From assembly GCF_001194135.2 (NCBI RefSeq), contig NC_068981.1:81989940-82053939 (forward strand): a DNA stretch of 64,000 bases, given 5' to 3'. The position numbers and the translations under genes were made by a program. The stretch's first letter is position 1, and each line of letters begins with the position of its first letter. The DNA comes from Octopus bimaculoides (lineage: Eukaryota). The notes under the pieces were generated by a model, which saw only the letters and a program-made list of their open reading frames with translations, was not told the origin of the DNA and did no database searches. This document shows positions 24,726 to 38,573 of this stretch, one piece after another.

Positions 24726-24887
24726 GAGATGATACCGAGAAGATGTGACATCGTGTCTTTTCCTAAAATATTTGAAGATTTAAGGAAAATGAAAATCGAC
24801 ACCATTTAAAAAAAAGACGCTAAATTGTAATTCTAGTGGTCAAAGTGTTAGACCCACGATCTTATGGACATGGAATCGCTTCCCGAG

Positions 24888-25115
24888 TCGAGTGTCACGT
24901 TATATCGTTGGACTTGAGCAAAGCATTTCATCGGATGCTTCTCCAGTCTGCTCAGCTGAAAATGAGTATCAGCTGCAATGCCAACAGAAGCAACAGCAGC
25001 AGCAGCAACAGATACGAGTTAACCTTCTTATGAAGTAGTGACCGGTCGAGGATGGTTGGGGGTTACTTGTATTCTCAGTCACTTACCTCCTCAGGATCTG
25101 GTATTAGCTCCAGTC
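24888..25115 (+). pseudogene. LINE reverse transcriptase fragment
   Basis: ECHVISLDLSKAFHRM matches the LD.SKAFD motif; a frameshifted PQGSVLAP-like sequence (CCTCAGGATCTGGTATTAGCTCCA) occurs near 25090-25113. Confidence 0.55.
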
Positions 25116-25545
25116 TAATGAATCTGCAAGCTTGAGACAGACGTTAACATTACCTCTATTAAAATGCTCCATCTAACGATTATATGTACCAATTATACAA
25201 TGGCATATTTCCCTTACAGAAGTACGCGCTCCTTTCTAATATTTGCACGGTTACTGTATCTACTATAAATAGAAATTAAATGTCCCCTAGATCATACTCA
25301 GCTCTCTTCTGAAAAGAAGACTACATTAGATAGCATAGTTTTAAATGGGCAAAAAGACGAGGTGATCAAGAATGGAACGTCTTTGAACAAAAGTTTACAG
25401 AATCTAGGCTGATCTGAAGGTTAAATAAAAGCAATCGGTTTACGGAGGTTACATGAGAGTCAGCTAATGACTGCCGTTGGCACAGTAATGTTTCTTTCTG
25501 TCTTTTCGGCCATCTATCACAATAAACAATACTATCTCTCTGGTT

Positions 25546-25637
25546 GTCTATCTGTCCGACCGTCTATCTGTCCGACCGTCTATCTGTCCGACCGTCTAGC
25601 TGTCCGATCGTCTATCTGTCCGACCGTCTAGCTGTCC
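25546..25637. repeat. 16-bp minisatellite (CGTCTATCTGTCCGAC), about 5.7 units
   Basis: Contiguous tandem units with 1-2 substitutions and no spacers. Confidence 0.92.
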
Positions 25638-25896
25638 AAATGGTCCGCCTCTCTCTGTCTCGCTCTTTCCGATACTTATTTTAGCTCGAAAGAAATATGT
25701 ACAATGATGCTTTGCTTTTCTTTCGATATTAGGGGATTTGGCTCCGTAGCCTGAATAAATCCAAATGAAAATTAAAATATTGTGGAAAGAACTCTAATGT
25801 GATTATGTTTCAATATAAGGTTAATTAGAATTAGCTTCTCACGAACTACGAAGAAACACATTCAAAAGAGAAGGATATCATCCATTCGTTTTCTTT

Positions 25897-26104
25897 TTCT
25901 ACTATAGGCACAAGGCTTGAAATTTGTGGGGATCGGGATAGGCGATTACATCGACCCTAGTGGACGACTGGTACTTATTTTATCGATCTTGAAAGGATGA
26001 AAAGCAAAGTGGTCTCAGCAGAATTTGAACTTAAAACGTAACAACAGACGAAATGCCGCTAAGCATTTTGTCTGGCGGGCTAACGATTCTTCCAGCTCGC
26101 CGCC
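25897..26104 (-). mobile_element. SINE family B
   Basis: GGTACTTATTTTATCGATCTTGAAAGGATGAAAAGCAAAGT..GAATTTGAACT..GCTAACGATTCT.CCAGCTCGCCGCC. Confidence 0.88.
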
Positions 26105-26760
26105 TAACGAATTGACCTGTCTACATAAACATGCACATCACTTATTTTTTATCAACTAAGGACAGATACATGACAAAAGTGATTGGTTAACAACAGAATC
26201 TGTTTTTTTTTTATTGGTTAACAACAGAATCATTTGAGCTTTCGAGGAAATGTCTACAGTATTTAATTAGGGCGTCATTCATTCTGAGTTCAAATCCTGC
26301 GGAGGTAAACTTCGCCTTTTAACATTCCGGAGACGATAAAATAAATAGCCAGTCCAATAACGAAGTTGATTTAATATTCCTATAAATCTCATCCTTTCGG
26401 ATGTTCATGAAGATATGATGTAAATAAAGCATCATCAGTTCTATAAAACAAGTACCAGTTGAGCACCGAGGTCGATGTAATCGACTTACTTATGCCCTTT
26501 CCCAAAGTTGCTGGCTTTGTGCCCAAATTTGAAACCAATATTCATATAAACCAATGTGTCTGAAACGTATTTTCGTTCGAAACTTGTATACGACTTTTTC
26601 AAAAATAGGGGAACATGCACCTATATATTATCGACAACCTGTACCCCACATAATTCTAATTAGACACAAATGAAATGTAAACTGTTTTTAGGAAAAATAA
26701 TTTATTCATATAAAAATACAAAAAATAACTTAATATTTCGAAAACAGTGACTACTATTTT

Positions 26761-27033
26761 TGAAGTAGTTGCATGCTGTCAACTTAATGTGACAGTCCCC
26801 TGAAGGGAATAATACTATTGTTGGTTAGACCTAGGAAGCTGCACCGCTTCCTGTCGGCCTTGACACACTTCCTGTGTCATTATGTTTACAAGGGGGAGTA
26901 AAGCATAAACATAAGGACACAGGAAGTGTGTCAAGGCCGACAGGAAGCGGTGCAGCTTCCTAGGTCTAACCAACAGTAGTATTTTTCCCTTCAGGGGACT
27001 GTCACATTAAGTTGACAGCATACAACTACTTCA
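26761..27033. mobile_element. Young foldback/palindromic element (128-bp arms, 17-nt spacer)
   Basis: 26761-26888 is the reverse complement of 26906-27033 with 4 mismatches; spacer CAAGGGGGAGTAAAGCA. Confidence 0.9.
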
Positions 27034-27789
27034 TCGTATCACTACTGCATAAATCTCTCATAGATTTAGAAATGTATTATTTCTAAACTATTTTTGACTT
27101 TCTCAGAAAATAATATTTCATTTAAAGACACCTTAGAATTTTCTCACTGATTAATTCTATTACGACATCGGTCACTCTGTTACTGCGAACAATGCTTTCT
27201 AACTTAGAACAGATACTTAGTTTCACAGTTTTTATACAAAGTAAATTCTGTCGGTTTTAAATACAGGACTTTAAATTAATTTTGTCTCTCTACGGCGGTT
27301 CTGCTTCTCTAATCTGGCTATTTTGGAAAATGATAATGGTGAGTTAGCAATGTAAATGTTAATAGAAATGCCTTATAATGATATTTTGTTTCGTCAAGAT
27401 AGTCCTTGAGTTCAAATACTGACCGAGTCAGCTTAACTTCGACATGGGTCAACGAAAGTCGTATCAGTAATATACTGAAGCTCGGTCAAAACGATTTGAG
27501 TTTGCCAGTTATCATGCAGTTTAGTGCTTTAAAAAACTGAAAGTAAATCGGCTAGCATTGACGACCGTGATATCCCATAACTTCTTGTGAATAATGAACA
27601 TGATTTAGTTAATGCATAAGATATGCTTTCTTGAAATACTATAACATGGAAACCGTACATATTTTATATTAGAGACGATCACAGGAAACATGAAAGTCGT
27701 TGATGCACAGAATGATATTCGTGAATAATTTTTCACGATCCTTCAATTCTATCACTACTCATGTTCTTGAAGATATGATGTAAATAAAG

Positions 27790-28513
27790 CATTACCACTT
27801 CTATATTGTCGTCTGGATTTCTTCGTAGCGAATATCCCAAGCTCTTCTATAGTTTGTCTATGAATGCTCTCATTGTTTGAATCAACGAAAAAAGAGAGAA
27901 TGGTTGACAACTTCATGAGTATAGAAGTTACTTAGGCCCTCATAGGAAGCCCACCCATTGGATATCAAATATGTTTCTGGCAATAACCAAAATGGTTCGC
28001 ACATGTGATGAGAGACCTCAATAAGGCAACTATTGCCTATACCTCATTCTACTGCATCAGATACCTATTTTCCTTCATGCCTCTCTCCTCAATAGTATTT
28101 CGGATGCACAAATTTGGACGTGTCTATTTCTATGGTAATAATGCATCCTGCATCATCCAATCTACAGAGTTACTGTGGATGAAGATTCCAAGTGCTGGTC
28201 ACATACATTTCACAAGAAGTTGCACCAATCAAACCACAGTATTATAACTCGCAGTTCAAACGTCATTTCGTTCTGTGTAGAATCACTTACCCACATATAC
28301 GCCAGTTGAATTATAACTAATAGAGTCAAATGACTCTTCTCAAAATTAGAATTAGCTCGTATACTCCGAATGAACCCACCGCTTTCTGTCGGTTCCTTCT
28401 CAATGTTCACATGTATCTGTGTTGGCTATCATGCGTCGACATACAAACCACCGAATTACTTTCTCAGTGTTGTTTGTTGTTAGATATAGCACATTCAAAC
28501 GGTGTTCCTCAGC
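27790..28513 (-). pseudogene. Merlin (IS1595/ISXO2-like) DDE transposase remnant
   Basis: TIEIDTSKFVHPKYY*GERHEGK*VSDAVE*GIGNSCLIEV (about 28139-28010) and YTHEVVNHSLFFVDSNNESIHRQTIEE (about 27925-27845) match the Merlin EIDES..KYHRG..WVFG.VER and H..VNHS..FVD...HTQ.IE motifs; multiple stops. Confidence 0.87.
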
Positions 28514-28581
28514 TGCTATTCTCAGCTGCTATACTTAGCATATCGCTTGAAGATACTTATAGAATTATGACCCTCTGATTC

Positions 28582-28720
28582 TTTGTAAGCCTAGTACTTA
28601 TTCTATCAGTATTTTCCGCCGAGCCGCTAAGTTACAGGGACGTAAACACATGAACATCTCTTTCCAAGCGATAGTTGGGGACAAACATAGACATAAACAC
28701 ACACACACACACACACACAT
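28582..28720 (-). mobile_element. SINE family A 3' fragment
   Basis: TTCTTTGTAAGCCTAGTACTTATTCTATC..CCGCTAAGTTAC.GGGACGTAAACAC. Confidence 0.85.
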
Positions 28721-28739
28721 TTATATATATATATAAATC

Positions 28740-28908
28740 GTCTGTCTTTACATTTTGAGTTCAAATTCCGCCGAGGTCGACTTTGCCTTCCTTCCTTTCG
28801 GGGTCGATAAATTAAGTACCAGTTACGTACTGGGGTCGATCTAATCGACTGGTCCTTCCCCCCAAACTTTCGGGCCTTGTGCCTTGTGCCTTGAGTAGAA
28901 AAGAATAA
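28740..28908 (+). mobile_element. SINE family B, 5'-truncated
   Basis: GAGTTCAAATTCCGCCGAGGTCGACTTTGCCTT..GGGGTCGATAAATTAAGTACCAG..GGGCCTTGTGCC. Confidence 0.9.
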
Positions 28909-29068
28909 TATGGTTTACAATATATACAAAATATAGATTCAAATGCAGTTTCTAAATTCAAATACTGATTTGGTGTATCTGATATAAGGACGAAAGGACC
29001 TGGTACTTCCAGCAATAAAACGAGATTCTACTGCACGACACGGGGGCCACTTTATTCAACAACAAAAG

Positions 29069-30045
<977 letters not shown>

Positions 30046-31289
30046 ACAAGTAGGCGGTGGGCAGTGAATGATCGGGGTTTGGATTTTGTGTCTGACAGGG
30101 AGACTGACTGAGATAAATGGATGGAAAGAGGGGTGGATGATGGATGGATAAAAAGGATCGTTGGGTAGGTAGATGGGTAGATGAATATTTGGGTGAATGG
30201 ATAGATGAGTAGTTCGATACACACACACACACATATATATAGTGTAAAAATAGGTAGTTAACTCACGATTAAATAAATCAATAGAATCTTTCACACGAAT
30301 TCTGAAATGAAGGCAAAGAGGACAGCTATGAAGTTTTTAGTCGATTGAAATTGGTGTTTATTTTATGGACTCTGAGAGAAGGAAAGGCTAAGTCGACCTT
30401 GGTAGTATTTGAACTCAGCTCATGAAATGTAGAAATAAATTCCGCTAAGTATTTTTGGATGCAATAATGATTTTGTCAGCTGGCTTCCTTCAGGGCAGGA
30501 CAACTATAAATTGATAAACAGTGGATTTATGTCTGAATACACATTAAGAAAATTAATTAAAAGAGTAAAAATACACATATACACACATGCGCGCACACAC
30601 GCACATACTTATATGAAGAAGAATGGAAGGCTCAAAAAAAAAAAATGGCAGGAAGGTTATGATATGGGATAGTCTGTTATATCGCTCCTAGTAATTAGTA
30701 ATTATTTTGTCGACCAGGTAAGAACGAAGAGCAGGTTTAGAGTTTAAATTCTCCAGCCTAAAGAGGACCCTACTTTTCGTTCTCCTATGAGAAACGAAAG
30801 ATCATGAGTACAGGTTATTATTGTTGTGTAAACTTCAGGTCTACATATAGAATGGCAGTAGCGGGTCGAACAACTAGGAGGGATAGGTGCATATATGAGC
30901 CAATTGCCTATTTGAGTTGCCATAATCAACTACACATCTGATCCGGAAATTGTTCGATACCTATGGCGAAATGACTTAACATAGATACTTCCAACTTCCA
31001 TCGAGAACTAAACGACCTGATTTGGCCGTATATGTAGGTCATGCTGTACTGACATTACAGAATTTTAGTGTATACTTTCACTTTCATTTTCTCATTTAAT
31101 TTTATTATAAACATCCATACTTTTGTAAAGCCTCCAAACCCCAAATCCATCAACTTTGAGGCAAGCGTTAAAAAGTGTGTGGAGGGAGGGGGAGAATCCT
31201 GAATTCAAAGCATTTGGGGCAGATAAACGTGATCACATATTTAAAAAGATTGAAAGGTATAATTAAGTTGACAGAAATGCCAGGGCATC

Positions 31290-31455
31290 TGAAAAGTGCT
31301 TTGCGGCTCTTTATGTCCTGAGTTCAAATCCTGCTGAAGTTAATTTTACCTTTCATCCTTACGGTGTTGATAAAATATGTACCCATTTAGCGCTGTGGTT
31401 GATGCATTCCGCTTACTCGTCGTCTCAAAATTGATGGCCTTGTGTCAAAACTAGA
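31290..31455 (+). mobile_element. Degenerate SINE family B
   Basis: CTGAGTTCAAATCCTGCTGAAGT..CCTTTCATCCTT.CGG..GATAAAA. Confidence 0.7.
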
Positions 31456-31479
31456 AAGAATTCTTCTTTTTCTTCTTCT

Positions 31480-31511
31480 CATTATCATTATTGTTGTTGT
31501 TGTTGTTATAC

Positions 31512-31592
<81 letters not shown>

Positions 31593-31610
31593 CACTATTA
31601 TTATTTATAC
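31480..31610. repeat. (ATT)n microsatellite
   Basis: Direct reading; source of the poly-Tyr ORF. Confidence 0.95.
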
Positions 31611-31623
31611 CGTAGGATCTGTA

Positions 31624-31897
31624 TAGAAGTTATGACCGCTGTTTGTCAGCCATATCTTTACATATTTCGCCCCTTTGAAGGGTTTGGCCAAACTTTAGCG
31701 CCTGACATCTGGAAAGTTGTCGGGGGATCAAGATTTTCTACCAAACAAAAAATGCGGCCGATGTTTTGTCAAACCCTCCACAGACTGTTAGCAATGGGCA
31801 GGAGTTTTAATATTTACGAGAAGACTCTAAGCTTCGGCGAAATCCTACTTAACAGTCAATTCCAGAACTTCAACACAAAGACTATGCATAACTTCTA
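31624..31897. mobile_element. Degenerate MITE-like element
   Basis: 11-bp inverted termini TAGAAGTTATG/CATAACTTCTA; internal inverted blocks ATTTCGCC/GGCGAAAT and GGGTTTGGCCAAAC versus GTTTTGTCAAACCC. Confidence 0.5.
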
Positions 31898-32972
31898 GAA
31901 AGCCAGCCTTGGCAGTTGTACAGAGAGAGCAGGATTCCCAGTTCGGATTAAACTAACTTGATAATGATATAGCACTGTCAGCTGATCCCGGGACTGTCTT
32001 AAAAGCGCATAGGACAAATGAAATCATTCTGAACACACTTGCTGAATTGCAAGTTATGTCGGCTAGCAGTGTTTCGATTAGGACAAATCTGATTATTTGT
32101 CACTGCAATCGCGAACATTGCACCATGTCCGTCTTTTGATCGGAAAGAGTTAGTAATTTATCTCTGCCAGTTGGTTATAGAGAAAAAGATGGGATTGACT
32201 GCAGGCGCATACTTTCCTTTTTGCCCAAAATCTTTGCTAGCAGAGCTCTTTAGAGAGGCAGGTGAAAGCAGACAGAAAAGTACTGTTCCCTAGTGAATTT
32301 GCTTAAAGACAGGTGAAATATGATTACCTGGTGCGATTGAATGGATCTGGTCTCAACATGCGCCTGTAAAACCAGGAACCACAGCTGAAAGAGCTCTTAA
32401 ATTTAGTGGTTCGGGTAACCTTTAATTTGTGAGAATCTCTGATTGGCCGTAGGTGACTGTTCTCATGTTAGAATGTTTCATTTTATTACTTTTCTTTATT
32501 ATTATTATATATGGCGTAAGTTTTCACCACTAAGTTCCGCTTAACACCCCATGTTTTTTTTTTCTCTCATTTGTCTTTGTTTCCAATTATGACAAATTAA
32601 GAAATTATAAGTGAGAAAAAGTGGTGAGCAAGAATGTCTACTGTCAACATGTGCCTGTAGACCGGGGAACGACAGCTATGAGATGGCATTTACCCTTGTT
32701 TCTAAGAATATTCCAAGATTTGTGAGACTCTTTGGTTACCTCTGGGCGAAGGGTCTCCTCCAGAGACATAAGCATTTTATATTGTTTTTACTTTCACTTT
32801 TACTTTTTTCTTCTCATTCTATTTCAGTATGAACCGCTCCCTTACTTTCTGTGACCAAGAAATGTCTCGTCATTCGTTGTCCTTATAGCAAATAAAAGAA
32901 ATCATCATAACCGTCGTCGTCGTCGTCGTCGTCGTTACTATCGCTTGTGAATTGGTAGAATCGTTAGAAGGC

Positions 32973-33200
32973 GGTGAGCTGGCAGAAACGTTAGCACGCC
33001 GGGCGAAATGCTTAGTGGTATTTCGTCTGCCGTTACGTTCTGAGTTCAAATTCCGCCGAGGTCAACTTTGCCTTTCATCCTTTCGGGGTCGATAAATTAA
33101 GTACCAGTTACGCACTGGGGTCGATATAATCGACTTAATACGTTTGTCTGTTCTTGTTTGTCCCCTCTGTGTGTAGCTCCTTGTGGGCAATAAAGAAATA
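32973..33200 (+). mobile_element. Young long-tailed SINE B inserted into an older SINE B, with a 16-bp TSD
   Basis: AGAATCGTTAGAAGGC at 32957-32972 and 33201-33216; the older B copy continues to about 33400. Confidence 0.92.
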
Positions 33201-34004
33201 AGAATCGTTAGAAGGCCAGGAAAATATTTTGCGACATTTATTCTCGCTTTTTTACGTTCTCAGTTCTAGTCCTCTCGAGATGAACTTAGCCTTTCATCCT
33301 TTCGTGGGTGGTGTCGATAAAAATACCAGTCATATAGGGAGGTTGATATAATCGACTAATCGCCGTCCCTTCAAATTTGTTGGCCTTGTCTCTAAATTAC
33401 CGACATTAATCTCGCTGTTATTGATGATATTGTAGTTGTTGTCGTTGTTAGCGGCGGTAGTGGTGAAAATTGAAAAACAACTTCCCCGCTAAAAAAAAAA
33501 TAAAAAAACGTTTTTTTTTTTCACTTTCAACTTTCAAGCTCCGTCTTCGTCAAAATTGACTTTGCTTATGGCATCGGTGAAATAAGTATCAGTTATGAAC
33601 CAAGAACGATGCAATTATCCCTATGTCTTAACAAAGAGTTGTCCCTTTTTTTTTCTTTTCCCATGTAAGAAATCCTTTTGCAACGAATGCAGAAAGGGAG
33701 GGAGGAACTAGATAGACAGAGCTGAGAAACTACTTATGTTTCACTTCTCTGTCCAACTGATAAGGTCAACCAGTGTAAAAGTAGCAGCCAATAAGTTGAT
33801 CAACTGTCTAGCTTTTTTGTTTGTTTTGCTCTCTTTATTTTCTTCTGCATAAAAGGACGTATGTTGCATTTAAACTGACCAATTATCATTGCTGGATATT
33901 TATGACCTTATTTACTCCATTTCAGTAAGTTGCAGATGGCTGTATCAATAAAGTATCTCAAACTAACAACCGACGGAGCAAGGTTTTGTATTCAATTACC
34001 AAGT

Positions 34005-34120
34005 ACTGGCAAATTGGTTGAGTCGTTAGAGCGTTAGAAAGAATGCCATTTGGTATATTTCCCTGGTCTCTGTACTCTGAGTTCAAATCCCACCGAGGTT
34101 GACTTTGCATCATTTCCCGG
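34005..34120 (+). mobile_element. Degenerate SINE family B
   Basis: GAGTCGTTAGAGC..CTGAGTTCAAATCCCACCGAGGTTGACTTTGC. Confidence 0.75.
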
Positions 34121-34567
34121 TCGTTATCTAAAGTGACAATCCTGATGGTTTATTTGTGGGTTGGTCATCCAATAAGCCTGGCTGTATCTGTTCCGACTCT
34201 TTGTTCGGTTTAGGAAGCACACCCCAATGTAATAGCCAGGTTTAATCATCCAACTACGGTATCCTAAATGATTATGAAAGTTCCAGAGAATTGTAACAGT
34301 CTACTACTCGGATACGAGTTAATACCGACGGCGACGAATGTTATTATCGATCGTTGATGAAGATTGGGTGGTGCCAATTAAGTAGCAATGGTAGTTGCAC
34401 TGGTTACAGTTTAATGTAAATTTTCCCGCATATCCTGTCCCCTTAAGTGTAATAAAAATATAAAATGGGAAGGACCGAATACTTAGCAAATGTTTCATTA
34501 CAGTTCAGTTCTGATCTAAAGTTTTGTCATAGTATTGAATTCCTGAAACCACAGTTACTCGTGTATT

Positions 34568-34744
34568 TTTTTACTTGTTTCAGTCATTAGACTGCGGTCA
34601 TGCTGGAGCACCGCCTTAAAGAGGATCCACATGGTTTCGGGTTCAGTCACACTGCGTGGTACCTTGGGCAGGTGGCTTCTTCTATAGCCTCGGTCTGACC
34701 AAAGCTTTGTGAATGGATTTGGTAGACGGAAACTGAAAAAAACT

Positions 34745-34784
<40 letters not shown>

Positions 34785-35012
34785 TCTTTCTATCTGTGTT
34801 TGTTTCCCACCACCACTTGACAACTGGTGTTGGTTTGTTTACGTCCCTGCAACTTAGCGGTTTGGCAATAGAGACAGTTGGAATAAATACCAGGCTTAAA
34901 AGAAAAATAAGTGCTGGAAGTGCTGGGGTTGATTCATTCGACTAAAATTCTTCAAAGTAGTGCCCTAGCATGGCCGCAGTCCAATGACTAAAACAAGCAG
35001 AAAGGAAAAGAT
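34568..35012 (+). mobile_element. Near-complete SINE family A preceded by a short inverted tail piece
   Basis: 34626-35012 has head, (TG)n, body and tail; 34568-34622 is a reverse-strand A tail. Confidence 0.88.
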
Positions 35013-35054
35013 AAAATAATTATTATTAGTCAACAGTTACACAGTCCAAGATTA

Positions 35055-35340
35055 TTGAAACTCGTATTTCACACAGATTCGAGACACAGAATGTAAAATA
35101 TGGCTGTAGTAGGCCAACCACTGTCGTCCTGAAAACCACCTACTTGTAGACCAATTTTCCAGAAGCAAAATGTTATATAAAAAAAACAATTTAAGGTTAG
35201 TCAGAGAAGAAATGCCGGCGGCCATCACCTTTTGGTAAGGTTTCCAAGAGTTTAGAGGCGACTGGTGGAAGATACCACGATTAGAAACGGTGTCCGAATG
35301 TTTGCAATGCAAGACACTTCTAAAACAACCCAAAGGCTAT
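35055..35340 (+). mobile_element. Possible decayed LINE ORF1 C-terminal fragment
   Basis: A stop-containing frame gives FRGDWWKIPRLETVSECLQCK, similar to DLGQ*KIPPVQHVTM at about 43760-43800 (-). Confidence 0.3.
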
Positions 35341-37267
35341 GCGATGGTGTGATACAGAGCGTCGAATTATAGCTAGCATCGAAGAACAGATACAACCCAT
35401 GCAATGTGCTTCCACAGATTCTCGTCTGCTAAATTTCACTCTGAAGAACTGGGTCCACTGAAGAATATTTTTAAATAAAGTTCCCTAAATTGTTGCCCAG
35501 TGACATCAAATGCAGAACCTCTTCACATCCATGATTTTTTTAAAGGTTTTACTTACCATTTTTGTGTGGCTTATTGAGAGAAGGAAGAACAGAGACCATG
35601 AGCTTTTTGTAGGGTTTCCGTGACAAGCAGCAAGGGGACAGAGGAAGAAACAAACAACAATTCATGAAGTTACCCTTAGCCCGAGGACAATGTTCGAATG
35701 CTAACAAAAGACGAGACTACTTTCTACACTCAAAGGCCAGTCAAGCCGAGAAATTAGTCCCTGTGATTAAACACAAATCTTTCGATTACTTAGGATGTGG
35801 ATAGAACTAACAAGTTTCGAGATCCATTGAAAACCTAGCAGACATCTTTAACATCTCTGCCTTCGAAGTTGCTGAAACAAAGTATAACTATTTATCAAAA
35901 GTCTCATGGTTTAACTACCGCCACCATTATCTTCATTACCACCTTCTCTGCACATTGTGACCTTAAATTCACCCAACTCAAATAAGAATGGTAATGTTTT
36001 CGAGATAGATCCTTTTGCTTATTTATTTATATTTATTTGTTCGTTTATTTTCTTAGTTGATCGAGGAGGTTACTCCATAATAATGGTAATTTAAGCGGGA
36101 TTTTGAACGTAAAACTTACAGAGCTCGGATACATACTGCAAAATGTTTCCTCCAACGTTCTAACAATTCCGCTAATCCACCTCCTTGAAGTTCTGCATTG
36201 ATCCCATAATGAGGAAAAGGCAAAGCTGGTTTCCAATGGCTTTTGAACTCAGATCAGTGAGAGCTGGACACCCACAAAGCATTTAATGCAATGTTCTACG
36301 ACTCTGTTAATTCACCCCATTGCTTAAATTCACAGCGAGAATAAACATATATTATTCAAAAGATGAACATGTATCTGTATACATATTCATTTATAACCCG
36401 TGTTAGATTGGCAGGACTTATAGGAGGCTGCTCCCGATCTGGGGCTCAGAGTTTCAAGGAAGTGCATATCTGCTAGGCATCTGCTAGGCAGAAGGAACAG
36501 CGATATTTAATAGGATCCTACTTCCCTGAGTCTGAAAGTAGTATTGTTCTATCCTGCCAAATTTCTCTTATAATTTATAAAGTAGCTTGCAAAACAGTAG
36601 TTTGCACAACAGTTGATCTACTATAGTAATATTTTACATTTTCAGTCAAAACTCTGTGTCGAGTACGAACCTCGGTGATATAGAATGGAGTAATTGTTGA
36701 TCAATAATTTGAATTGTTAATTTATATCTCAAATTTCATGTCTTAAATTCGAAGAGGTCATAATAGTTCACCAAGTGTTTTGACCCTAGATATTATGTAA
36801 AAACAAAAAAATTCTAGTCTTCTTCTCTGTAGGAATCTAAGACGTTATCATTTTGTTTCTGGGAAACTGTCTGTGACCTTCCATTCTGTAACGACGTCCA
36901 TGTCTTAAATAAACATAGTTATTCCTTGGAAATGAAACAATAAAAAAATAATAAAGCCCCTCCCCCCAAATCAAAAACATCGACAACCTAAAACAAAACA
37001 GAAAACAAACAAATCATTTCTTAAAACACTTAAGTGATAAGAATTAGTATAAGTACATCATCTCTGAAATAAATCAACTAATTACAGAAACATTATATAT
37101 ATGCAAGATAAACTTCGAGAATACAAACAAGAGAAATAATCTCCCGGAATGAGTGATGTTAGGAAAAACAAAACGAAGCTTCATCTTTCAAAAACTAATA
37201 AGCACTTGAGATTCTGTGGTAGACGGTAGAAAAAGTAATAAATATATTGTGATACTTTTTAACAAGA

Positions 37268-37274
37268 TTGGCAC

Positions 37275-37352
<78 letters not shown>

Positions 37353-38010
37353 GTATGTATATATGTGTATATATGTGTGTGTGTGTATATATCTATCTAT
37401 ATATATGTATGCATAAATACATATATACAATNNNNNNNNNNNNNNNNNNNNNNNNNNNNNNNNNNNNNNNNNNNNNNNNNNNNNNNNNNNNNNNNNNNNN
37501 NNNNNNNNNNNNNNNNNNNNNNNNNNNNNNNNNNNNNNNNNNNNNNNNNNNNNNNNNNNNNNNNNNNNNNNNNNNNNNNNNNNNNNNNNNNNNNNNNNNN
37601 NNNNNNNNNNNNNNNNNNNNNNNNNNNNNNNNNNNNNNNNNNNNNNNNNNNNNNNNNNNNNNNNNNNNNNNNNNNNNNNNNNNNNNNNNNNNNNNNNNNN
37701 NNNNNNNNNNNNNNNNNNNNNNNNNNNNNNNNNNNNNNNNNNNNNNNNNNNNNNNNNNNNNNNNNNNNNNNNNNNNNNNNNNNNNNNNNNNNNNNNNNNN
37801 NNNNNNNNNNNNNNNNNNNNNNNNNNNNNNNNNNNNNNNNNNNNNNNNNNNNNNNNNNNNNNNNNNNNNNNNNNNNNNNNNNNNNNNNNNNNNNNNNNNN
37901 NNNNNNNNNNNNNNNNNNNNNNNNNNNNNNNNNNNNNNNNNNNNNNNNNNNNNNNNNNNNNNNNNNNNNNNNNNNNNNNNNNNNNNNNNNNNNNNNNNNN
38001 NNNNNNNNNN

Positions 38011-38080
<70 letters not shown>
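37268..38080. repeat. (TCTA)n/(TG)n/(AC)n microsatellites flanking an assembly gap
   Basis: Gap at 37432-38010. Confidence 0.9.
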
Positions 38081-38082
<2 letters not shown>

Positions 38083-38573
38083 GCGCGTTCGTGTCTGTGT
38101 GACTGTATATTTTTGTATCTATCTATATCTTTTCTAATTAGTCTAGTCATGTTCGGACAGCGGTTTTGTTGCTAAGTAAACTCCATCTTCCTCTCAGTCA
38201 TCATCATCATCATCATCATCGTCATCGTCGTCATCATCATCATCATCATCATCATCATAAAGAGCGACATGACTTCAACATATATCATTCCCCCATTTTC
38301 ATTGGGGTGGCTTAAGTTTTTGCATTAGAATAGTTCGTTTCATTAAAGCTAAGTAATAAATAAAGATAATATAAAAACAGAAAAATAACTGTGCGAATCT
38401 TGGAGAAACACAGATCAGTTTCAAACAGTCATTTGCATCGAAGAAGAAATACAATAAAATTAAATTAAGAATCTTCGTGACCTTTAGAAATCAGCTTGCT
38501 TCTAAGTTTATCACCCCCACCCACACCAACACACACTAATTATATTCGTAAGCACAATGTTAAAGTCTCTACA

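Noticed and set aside
24509-24805. Hydrophobic 98-aa ORF resembling a membrane protein
   Set aside because: It is mostly the antisense reading of the solo LTR and has no recognisable motif.
25546-25637. CRISPR-like repeat
   Set aside because: Units are contiguous with no unique spacers, there are no cas genes, and the context is eukaryotic.
26385-26446. Minus-strand CTGATGA..CATCCGAAA hammerhead-like string
   Set aside because: The GAAA half comes from a SINE B fragment (ATCCTTTCGG), there is no stem III or UH site, and the related copy at 27761-27806 lacks the core.
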